Below, in pieces: positions 56,701-64,000 of a stretch of DNA of 64,000 bases (positions within the stretch are counted from its first letter, which is position 1; every line of letters starts with the position of its first letter). The stretch spans positions 64,774-128,773 of the forward strand of contig JAFVRJ010000007.1 in the NCBI GenBank assembly GCA_017504305.1, given 5' to 3'. The translations under genes were made by a program, and so were the position numbers. Below the pieces are notes generated by a model, which was not told the DNA's origin, ran no database searches, and saw only the letters and a list, made by a program, of their open reading frames with translations. The DNA comes from Clostridia bacterium (lineage in GTDB: Bacteria; Bacillota; Clostridia; Christensenellales; DTU072).

Positions 56701-59700
56701 TATCGAGTACTCCTCTAACGCAATATTCACCATCACCGCCGCCAAGGGTTATAACATCGTATCGGTAGAGGGCGAATCTAATAAAGGCAAGACTTGGTCC
56801 GAAGACATCAACTATAACACCGCTTCTCATAACGTCACTTTAACTGCGGTCGATACTTCGTATCATATTACCATCGCAACTCAAGCGGTTAACGTAAACT
56901 ACAAACTCCACTTTATCAATAAGGGTGAAAACGTTATTACCGTAAACGAAATTGCCGTTTCCGGTGATAGCTACGCTACCGCTCAACATATCTTTGGCTC
57001 TACGATTTCCGCAGCTATCGAGCTAAAGAACGGATATTCCTTGTCTATCGACGACGTAGTAGTTAAAAACCAAAATCCCATCGAAACTTATACCTACGAA
57101 GCATTGTCAGGTGATTACGCACCCGATGCAAGCAAGGGCTTCTATGGTTTATATACCGAAGGCACCAATAGAATTTCGTTGGTAATTTACGACGTAAATA
57201 CTTTTATCGACGTATTCGTATACTTTACAAGTGCAAGCAGTGCAAATAACGTTGTTAACCTCGATTCCGACGGCAACGGCGTTGTAACCGCAACCGTTGA
57301 CGGTAGCGATATAGCAAGCGGTGATAGCGTAACGGCAGGCACGGTTGTAACCATTACGGCAACTCCCACAGTTGGTAACGTACTCGAAGCTATTGTAGTA
57401 AACGGCAAATCTTTAGTATTGAGCGGTTTAAGCTACGAAATCACCGTAACTGAAGATACTTACGTTTACGCACTCTTTAGCGAAACCAGATATAACGTAA
57501 GCGTTGACGATAACTATTCCAACGGCTCGGTAGCAACCGATAAGACTTTCGTAGAAGAGGGCACCGGCTTTAACGTAAAACTCACCCCCCACGAAGGCTA
57601 TTACGTAACCGGATTTACCATCGAGGTAGAAGGTAGAGTATCTCCCATCTATCCCTTGCAGACCAACGAGCTTAAGGATTATACGACCGGCACAATCGTT
57701 TATGCTTTCGCGCCTCAAGACGTAACCGGCAATATTTTAATCAAGGCACAATTTAGCGCTATTGCATACGAGTTGAAGTACACCTATACCGATAACGGTA
57801 CCGTTGAAGGTTTAGGCAGCACCGATACCGCGGTAGTATACTTTAACGAAACAAAGAAAGTAGCCCTCTCTGCTAACGACGGCTACTATATCAGCGAAGT
57901 TATTATTAACGGCGCAAGCGTAAGCCTTGCAAGCGTTATTCAAGAGGGTACCTTCGTTGCAACCGGTGAATACGTAGCAGGTAACCTCTACGTAACCATC
58001 GCAGGCAACACCACATTACACGTAACCTTCTCGCCGATGGTTTATAGAGTTACACTCAACCAATACGCAGGCGGTAACACTTTGGTTCGTAAAGACGGCA
58101 CCGCGTTCGGACCGGCAAACGCTCTTACCCTCAACGAAGGCGACACGCTCTATATTCATATGATGGCAGAGGATGGTTACCATATCGAGAGCGTAATTGT
58201 TAACGGTATTGAGGATAACAGCTGGAAGGACCGTGACGTCAGCATGAACGATATGGCGGACGCCTTCCATACTATTGAGAACGTTCAAGGCGATATTAGA
58301 CTTACCATCATTTACGCGGTTAACGAGTATCAAATCCAAGTTAACGTTAAGAACGTAAGCGCTAACTTTGCATCTATTGATACCAGTGTTAACTCCTTCG
58401 GTATGGTAAGCATTACCGGCTACGCGCCCAACGAGAATAACACTTATACCGGTTTCGTACACGGCAGTAACGTTAAGTTCGTTGCAACCCCCAGAACGGC
58501 TCGTGGTTACTATATCTCTCGTTTCGAAATCAAATACTTCAATAAAGAAAAGGGTGGCGCTCTCGAAACTTTGGTTCTCGGCGCCAACGAATTAAGCCCC
58601 ACCGGCGGTTCTTACATCTTCTATGGCATTACTTCAGATATTCAAGCGGTTAACGTAGAGTTTGCTCGTTATACCTATACCTACGAAGGCTATAAGACAA
58701 TCGATAATCTTGGCTCTCCGTTCGTATCGCAAGGTACTTTCGGTGCTACCTTCACCAATCCATATTCCAGCGCTCCCGTAGTTTTAGTCAACGGTATGTA
58801 CGAGCATGGTCTTAACTATACCATCGCTCTTAATCCCGGCGTCGGTTACGATCGTACCGCTTTCACTATCAATGGTGAAGATAAGCAAGAAGCAGTTAGA
58901 GCTAACGCCTACGTAGGTATTATTACCGGCAATATCCGCGTCGATACCACTTACTCTATTAAGAAGTTCGACGTTACCATGAGCGGTAACGATGGCGGTA
59001 GCTACGCTATATTCGATTCAGTCAATAACGCACTCCTTTGGTCACCCGTAGATGAGTATGAAAGTGAGGTTAAGACCCCCACCGGTATCGTTTGGGCAAC
59101 TGAACAAGGTATTACCGCTACTTACGGTCAAAGCATAGTATTCTCGTCTATTCCCGATTCGTCCAACGGATACAGAATCAGCAACTTCGAAATCAATGGT
59201 GAATCTAAAACGATTGCCGACGAAGATGCGGTACTCCGTTTCACGCATGAAATCGTACGAAACGTAGATGCTCAAACCACCTTTAGCATCCACGTATACA
59301 CCGTTAAAGTTAATAACTTTATCGGTGGTAATGCAACCGTAAGCACCTCAACCGTAGTATGGAACCAACCCGTAACCGTAAGACTCAATATGCAAAAGGG
59401 TTACGAGCTCGCTTCAGTAGAGGTTAACGGTGACCTCTTCGTTAATACCGGTAACATTGGTAATACCATATTCAGCGAGTTGCAAAATGGCAGTTATACC
59501 TTCAACAACGTAACCGAAAACATCGACATAATTATTGCGCTTGCTAACAAGAAGTATGACATTACTTTCTACGGCGAATATAACAAACTCTACGCAGGCA
59601 AAAACGCAAACGGTGATTATAACGCCAGAGCAGGTGCAGGTGTTATTATAAATCAAGGCTCTACGGTTAAACGTGAGCATCAACATTTTGTTGGCGACGG

Positions 59701-62700
59701 TTCTTACGTTTTAGATAATGCAACTGCAAGCGCAATATTGCGCGGTGATAATAGCGCAGTATTCGAAGACAGAGTGCTAATCGTCTTATTACCGCCTGTT
59801 GGTTATAGCATTAAGGACGTAACCATCAGTATGGAAGATAACGAGGGTCTTATCTCCAACAACCTTGTTATTTCTGCAAACAAGCTACAAGAAATTACTA
59901 TTCAAGATGCAGAAGGCAACGACGTAAGTGGTTATGCTTATACTGTAGGAAGTATGACGGGTAAGATTGCGGTTCATATCTCTTACGAGGTTAAGACTTA
60001 CGTGGTACGTAAGAATACCCCGATCGGATACGATACAGCAGCAAATGCAGACAAGTACGTTGTAAAAGTATTTAGAGACGGAGCTTGGACAGAGATAGGT
60101 GAGGGCGCAGTTGTAAGTCACCATGAAACGATTATGGTAAACTTCACTTCGCTCAACGGATATTACCTTTCCTCCTTGGCAATTAACGGCAAAGACGTAG
60201 CAGTAGGTCACTCGTCAGCAAATGCTAATAGTTCAATAGCATATAATTACTGGTCCACTTTGATTTTAGAAAACGGTGGAATAGGACAATTGGTAGTTGA
60301 CGATGCATTGTTAAACGGCAGGGGAGAAGTTTCTATCGTTCCTACCACTACAAAACAATCCTTTAAGGTCATTTTCTACGTAAATCGTCGTCAGGTCGTT
60401 TCGACGGGACATACCGATCCCTCTCTTGGATTGTATCTTGAAAACGCAGTAGTTACTTACGACGACTATAATCCGAACGAGATCATACATACTTTGGCAA
60501 ATGGCTATAGCATTACTGGTATTTATATTTCGTTGAATCCGATAAGTAACTTCGACGCAAACAATCTTCCTGCTTCAGTTTATGTTCCCAATAAACCAGG
60601 CGATAAAAACACTTATTCGCCCAAAGATCAATCGTTAAAGCTTTATTTGACGAGTGGTCTATACGAAAAAACCAAAGTCGACTTCCACTCTGCATCCGCA
60701 AATACGTTGCGTATTTACTATACTACTGCATTAGACGTACAAGAGTTGGATAGCTCGATGTATTACGTAAGGCAAAGTGAAGAAGCAGAAAAAGCTAACG
60801 TTAACGTAGGCGGTACCATTGCTTCCCACAAAGATTTTGCGCTTAACGTTTCATATAGTGATGGTTTGATTGGCAAGAGTCATAACTACGGAACCGTTGC
60901 AACTTTACGTGCAAACATCAATGGAGATGCCATCAACAAGTATTCGTTCCAAGGCTTCCAAGAGAAGTTGGGTGATACTTGGGTATACGTCGAAGATGGC
61001 GTAAGTGGCATTAAACTTGAAAACGATGGACAAACGATGCGTTATGAAATGACGTCATCGCGTACTTTCAGGGCGGTATTCTTCCGCTTATACGAAATCG
61101 TTGTAAAGGTTAAACCCGATTACAAGTACGTTGAAGGCAACTTTGGCTCAAGTAATCCCGACCTTATGAAATATCGTAGGTACGCATCAATTACGGCAAG
61201 TGTTACTTACGCTGAAAACAACGCTAATGGTGTAATTTTACCCAAAAACGCAGATAGAACTGTATTGTCTGATTGTGATGGCAATACGTTAGATTCTTCC
61301 TACACGTTTAGAGTATTGAGCGGGGCATCCCTTGAATTGCACGGCAAAGATAACGTTTCGATGAACAACTCAAATGGACAAACCTACACGTCCGTTGTTT
61401 ATGAAGGCGGTAGGATGACGCAAAGGGAAGAAGCTTATGAAAACGGCGTTACTACGTTAGAAGATAGATTGGTATACGCATATTTTGATAACAACGTATA
61501 CGTAAGCTTTGCAATGGAAACCATCGGCTCTGAAATAGCTGCCGAAGGCGCTACGATTACCTATAAGGTAAATGGCAACACAGTAGCCCTCAACAAGAAC
61601 TCTATTATTACTAAACCGAATCAAAATATTGAAGTTACCATCGTTCCGAAAGAGAACTTCCGTTATGAAAATATTTTGAGATCAATTCGCGTTGTTAATA
61701 CCAATAACTCGAACGAATATTTACAATTTAGCAGTCAAGACTACACCGAACTTACGTCGAGCAGCGATGGTACTATTTCTATTACATGTTATGATGAGGC
61801 CGGAAGAGAAGCCGATCCCGAAGATCGTATTGCAAGAGTAGTGCTTAAGCTCAATAACTGTGCCGAAAACGCAATCTTTAAGATTGTATTGCGTAAGCAA
61901 ATTAAGCTCAATCGCTCAATCAGCCTTGTAACCGACGAGACTTCTCCAGAGGTCGCTACGGATATAAACCAACTAGTTGCATTTACTGATGATTCTGCCG
62001 TTGGTTATAGCTCCTCCAATGGTTTGACCGGACTCTACGATTATCAAGAAAAGCTTTACTTCAATCTCTATTTCAAGAGCGATTTGTTAAAGCATTACCA
62101 ATTCGTCGGATACTTTATTAACGGAGTAAACGTCTTTAGCCAATTACAACAAAGATATCCCTATCTACCAGCTGATGGAAAATCGAACGGCGATTACGAG
62201 CTTAAGGACCTTTCACTTGACGATATCGGTGGTTTGGGTAACGGCGTTAAGATAAAGACGGTAACCAATAGTAATGGTGTTGTCGACTACGTTGTTGAAG
62301 TCGTAGCCAAATTTGTACCGATCTACAACGTTGTTGTAGAAAACGAATATCTCGATGGCGACGTATACCTTGATCCCGGCTCGATTATTTCCAGCGCTGT
62401 TGTATACGATAGTAGTTTACCGCAATACTTCGAGACTCCGTTTAATAGCGAAGCGAACTTGAGCGCAAGCGATGATAATGCACAACAATTTAAGATGCTC
62501 GGCAAGTTGAACGGTATCGACCACAGCGCTATTAAGAACGAGAAATCGCCCTATAACGTATGGAACGACAACATGTTAACGCTCTCTTGGCAACAAAGAG
62601 AAACCACCAGCGGTGCTTTCGTATTCATTGCATGGCAATATCTTGCATACGTTCCCGGCGATCAAGAGCCGTTACAATGGAAGAATATTCCTTATTCAGA

Positions 62701-64000
62701 TCCCAATAACGCAAGCAACGCGGTAACTAAGACTAAGTTTACCTTCCCGATTTCCAAGTTGTTTGCTACCTCATATATGCCGTATTTGTACGACGACGGT
62801 ACCATCGGCAATCCGATTGTAAATGGTGAATTAAGCGGATCCTATTACGATGGTGTACCGGCAATTTACCTTAGAGCAAAGTATCAAAAGGTAGAGACTT
62901 TAAAGATTCAAAAGGCTACGGCAATGCAATCTGAAAACGATTACTATCCCGGCCAAGGCGACGTAATGCCGACTATTTACGGCACGAGCAGTGCATCGGG
63001 CAACTTCAATTATGGCACCGTACAAACTATGAGTTCCAACCTCATTAGCGGATATGAATTTGTAGGATGGGGCTTGGATGCCTCAACGGCATGGAATGCA
63101 GAAGGTGTATTGAACTATAATAAGTTTAATGAATTAAAAGCAAGCGCCGAAACAGTTAAGATCGGTACGGTTGATTACTATAAGATTACAATTCAAGACG
63201 TTGAAATAATATGTAACTATGGTGTTAACGGCGATAGCGAAGAATTGTCCATTTATATGGATGGATCATATTCGTTCGTTGCATATTATAGAAGAGTGTA
63301 CACCATCTCTGTTAACGTAACTAATATTTCAGGCATTTCGCCGATACTCACTGATTCGTTGCCTACGATTATTATTAATGATAACGTTACGTCACAACGT
63401 TTTGTTGAAGGTTCCTTCATCGTTGGATCGACGGTTAAGATTCAATTAACATACCAAGGTGTCGCTGATAAAGTGGCGCAAATAGCGCATGAAAGATACG
63501 TTGATTGGACGCCGGAGCTTTCTTCTAACGCCAACTATGCACTTGAATCAGATGGAACAAACATTACAAATCCGATTTGTTGGGAAGTAACCATTCCTGC
63601 GCAACAAGATTTAGAGATTACTATAAACTTCAAGAGCGTTGGAACGTTGGTTTTCGAAGGTGGCTATCCCGATTCATATTTACGCTTACCGAAGGATATG
63701 TTCGACGGACTTGCTCCTGAAGAAAAGCTCAAGGCACAATATGCAAGATCTGGTTACGTTAAATTAGATTCAACTGGTGCCGCTACCATGGAAACCATAT
63801 CCATTAATTCCGGTGTAAGTTGGGGAGTCGGCAGTAACAATGAGTATGCTACTGCTTTAGGCGCGATGTTAGAACCGTTAAGCGGAGGCGTAAGTTATTA
63901 CATTAACTTTGATGGCTCTACAATAACTGAAAAAACACAAAAAGTAACTTTATTCACGGCAAATGAAATGCCGTTCGCAACCAAAAACGGCAAGTACGGA
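53756..64000 (+). CDS. Giant cell-surface protein with its 3' end outside the window (>=3415 aa). N-terminal signal anchor, Listeria-Bacteroides (InlB-B/Flg_new) repeats, then dozens of divergent InlB-B-like ~85-95-aa modules.
   Basis: Not in the supplied ORF track because it has no stop in the window. ATG at 53756 with a GGAGA RBS 7 nt upstream. My translation begins MARLRVTGKRFSINGMVGITLIAVLIVAVALVVASAVLL. Repeats include YYFAGWSDG, YTVIFYYPDGT...YGYKFFAWDTDY, GYEFKGWYAKGG, YTFKGWFFADEDG, then many (GY.(L/I).S(V/I).VNG) modules. I spot-translated about 54.0-55.6, 60.18-60.54 and 63.9-64.0 kb and found no stops. The track reports no plus-strand ORF of 60 aa or more anywhere in 53616-64000, which is what a single uninterrupted frame would produce. 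Confidence 0.85.
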   Translation, partial: MARLRVTGKRFSINGMVGITLIAVLIVAVALVVASAVLLPRFAETPDNDGAPQVVAIVAPDDGLISVNADLSKVFVTVKYSDGSTSQVALSELVVTGLDTSTEGTVDNVVLDFGGYKQTTSFNVVPTTLLVEYVASTGGRIDGDTTQNITAGADATRVEAIPEEGYYFAGWSDGGVTASRLDTKISKSQRLIAVFERLRYTVIFYYPDGTTAREEEVFYGDAPTRVPRETEHNMQLYGYKFFAWDTDYSSIKQDTNIHPIFVKDSADFYLEYTTDIEGKPLGTSDALAYYKNGEEAMVRVRPNPQRVFVGWSVYDVDLQSWINIDPVMPEGCLIRVGVNYAVNFKATQTGTDEEYVLAFTPDENVKEIHVKAHFVYEKSTISFTSMSEKAFESKEIDYKTPIGSVFDVEDLDALSTHGYEFKGWYAKGGAVNPDGTPVIIDNNATFGQPTELVAYWQKRIFTVVFLTGDNENTSFIAPTNPLDVYDEEAGGRIVKAYYQDTVAGALVGRFPEEVPFKTNYTFKGWFFADEDGLPTNIAVDKAFKLENEISYAIPVFEVNTQKLTVSIIGSGSIYTLVYDEEFDVDNEVAISSQINMPVVNDYRIRLRASTGYALTSVSVNGKVTTGELENADGYYDITIGDVANGKIIDQDYYVIATYELEKFSVSVTNGTVALEHTDLNDSGNITYGIVTHTDATTVNDASFAFDVNYGSSVRIEITPKYGLYINSVACDGALVSVPNEATYYELIVPSVKANVAVVITYAEFGYSVTLPEAEENGSITADAGLKEAYRAQERPTFTAEASEGYYVKRIIANGVEIDPYHSVQGYVVNDIKVNGKQVFEGNDYRVTYLNFTIDGFTKNVHVSVEYAKLYYNVVTSYEGVGTVDKPFVAYYGESYDVKARTSVGNYVYSAIVTGGKNENVVYESNALARVYSITEIKEDFNVKFVFKKELFYVHFDGDGYVDVTFNGVTKNINADEGYTFSDIEYSSNAIFTITAAKGYNIVSVEGESNKGKTWSEDINYNTASHNVTLTAVDTSYHITIATQAVNVNYKLHFINKGENVITVNEIAVSGDSYATAQHIFGSTISAAIELKNGYSLSIDDVVVKNQNPIETYTYEALSGDYAPDASKGFYGLYTEGTNRISLVIYDVNTFIDVFVYFTSASSANNVVNLDSDGNGVVTATVDGSDIASGDSVTAGTVVTITATPTVGNVLEAIVVNGKSLVLSGLSYEITVTEDTYVYALFSETRYNVSVDDNYSNGSVATDKTFVEEGTGFNVKLTPHEGYYVTGFTIEVEGRVSPIYPLQTNELKDYTTGTIVYAFAPQDVTGNILIKAQFSAIAYELKYTYTDNGTVEGLGSTDTAVVYFNETKKVALSANDGYYISEVIINGASVSLASVIQEGTFVATGEYVAGNLYVTIAGNTTLHVTFSPMVYRVTLNQYAGGNTLVRKDGTAFGPANALTLNEGDTLYIHMMAEDGYHIESVIVNGIEDNSWKDRDVSMNDMADAFHTIENVQGDIRLTIIYAVNEYQIQVNVKNVSANFASIDTSVNSFGMVSITGYAPNENNTYTGFVHGSNVKFVATPRTARGYYISRFEIKYFNKEKGGALETLVLGANELSPTGGSYIFYGITSDIQAVNVEFARYTYTYEGYKTIDNLGSPFVSQGTFGATFTNPYSSAPVVLVNGMYEHGLNYTIALNPGVGYDRTAFTINGEDKQEAVRANAYVGIITGNIRVDTTYSIKKFDVTMSGNDGGSYAIFDSVNNALLWSPVDEYESEVKTPTGIVWATEQGITATYGQSIVFSSIPDSSNGYRISNFEINGESKTIADEDAVLRFTHEIVRNVDAQTTFSIHVYTVKVNNFIGGNATVSTSTVVWNQPVTVRLNMQKGYELASVEVNGDLFVNTGNIGNTIFSELQNGSYTFNNVTENIDIIIALANKKYDITFYGEYNKLYAGKNANGDYNARAGAGVIINQGSTVKREHQHFVGDGSYVLDNATASAILRGDNSAVFEDRVLIVLLPPVGYSIKDVTISMEDNEGLISNNLVISANKLQEITIQDAEGNDVSGYAYTVGSMTGKIAVHISYEVKTYVVRKNTPIGYDTAANADKYVVKVFRDGAWTEIGEGAVVSHHETIMVNFTSLNGYYLSSLAINGKDVAVGHSSANANSSIAYNYWSTLILENGGIGQLVVDDALLNGRGEVSIVPTTTKQSFKVIFYVNRRQVVSTGHTDPSLGLYLENAVVTYDDYNPNEIIHTLANGYSITGIYISLNPISNFDANNLPASVYVPNKPGDKNTYSPKDQSLKLYLTSGLYEKTKVDFHSASANTLRIYYTTALDVQELDSSMYYVRQSEEAEKANVNVGGTIASHKDFALNVSYSDGLIGKSHNYGTVATLRANINGDAINKYSFQGFQEKLGDTWVYVEDGVSGIKLENDGQTMRYEMTSSRTFRAVFFRLYEIVVKVKPDYKYVEGNFGSSNPDLMKYRRYASITASVTYAENNANGVILPKNADRTVLSDCDGNTLDSSYTFRVLSGASLELHGKDNVSMNNSNGQTYTSVVYEGGRMTQREEAYENGVTTLEDRLVYAYFDNNVYVSFAMETIGSEIAAEGATITYKVNGNTVALNKNSIITKPNQNIEVTIVPKENFRYENILRSIRVVNTNNSNEYLQFSSQDYTELTSSSDGTISITCYDEAGREADPEDRIARVVLKLNNCAENAIFKIVLRKQIKLNRSISLVTDETSPEVATDINQLVAFTDDSAVGYSSSNGLTGLYDYQEKLYFNLYFKSDLLKHYQFVGYFINGVNVFSQLQQRYPYLPADGKSNGDYELKDLSLDDIGGLGNGVKIKTVTNSNGVVDYVVEVVAKFVPIYNVVVENEYLDGDVYLDPGSIISSAVVYDSSLPQYFETPFNSEANLSASDDNAQQFKMLGKLNGIDHSAIKNEKSPYNVWNDNMLTLSWQQRETTSGAFVFIAWQYLAYVPGDQEPLQWKNIPYSDPNNASNAVTKTKFTFPISKLFATSYMPYLYDDGTIGNPIVNGELSGSYYDGVPAIYLRAKYQKVETLKIQKATAMQSENDYYPGQGDVMPTIYGTSSASGNFNYGTVQTMSSNLISGYEFVGWGLDASTAWNAEGVLNYNKFNELKASAETVKIGTVDYYKITIQDVEIICNYGVNGDSEELSIYMDGSYSFVAYYRRVYTISVNVTNISGISPILTDSLPTIIINDNVTSQRFVEGSFIVGSTVKIQLTYQGVADKVAQIAHERYVDWTPELSSNANYALESDGTNITNPICWEVTIPAQQDLEITINFKSVGTLVFEGGYPDSYLRLPKDMFDGLAPEEKLKAQYARSGYVKLDSTGAATMETISINSGVSWGVGSNNEYATALGAMLEPLSGGVSYYINFDGSTITEKTQKVTLFTANEMPFATKNGKYG

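Overview
This 64-kb window looks like a chromosomal segment from a Gram-positive-type bacterium. Bacillota/Clostridia-like is my inference from gene content: a class-1B DHODH pyrK-pyrD pair, GGAGG-type RBSs, and large MBG and Listeria-Bacteroides-repeat surface proteins. TAA, TAG and TGA are all used as stops. Hand sampling puts GC at roughly 40-45%.

Two kinds of content are interleaved.

(1) Core genes:
- folD
- a compact pyrB-pyrC-carA-carB-pyrK-pyrD-pyrF-pyrE operon
- a class I/II aminotransferase
- tRNA-Ser(UGA) and tRNA-Thr(GGU)
- an amino-sugar node (SIS-type GlmS-like isomerase, nagB, and a GlmM fusion)
- mtnN

(2) Very large envelope-protein genes:
- a 5'-truncated ORF of at least 2963 aa (3-8894), translationally coupled to a 1227-aa tail-anchored protein and a small LRR protein
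- a 3155-aa tail-anchored protein (17800-27267, minus strand)
- an ORF of more than 3415 aa that starts at 53756 and runs off the 3' edge; the supplied ORF track omits it because it has no stop in the window

These four genes occupy about 50% of the window. Adding a tandem pair of 892/861-aa Ig/beta-helix paralogs downstream of an ABC exporter brings the total to about 59%.

I found no CRISPR array, transposase, integrase, phage module, or recognisable defence or toxin-antitoxin system.

The observations most worth following up:
- a GlmM::GlmU-acetyltransferase fusion that lacks the uridylyltransferase half
- a 452-bp, ~98%-identical gene-conversion tract inside otherwise diverged tandem paralogs
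- three small proteins with TasA/SipW-type signal-peptide-like N-termini at the end of the giant-adhesin operon
- an uncharacterised ABC-exporter / Ig-beta-helix envelope operon
- a convergent condensation-like acyltransferase and NAAA/CGH-like Ntn amidase pair
- several structured non-coding elements next to the two tRNAs

All domain calls come from reading motifs by eye, not from database searches.
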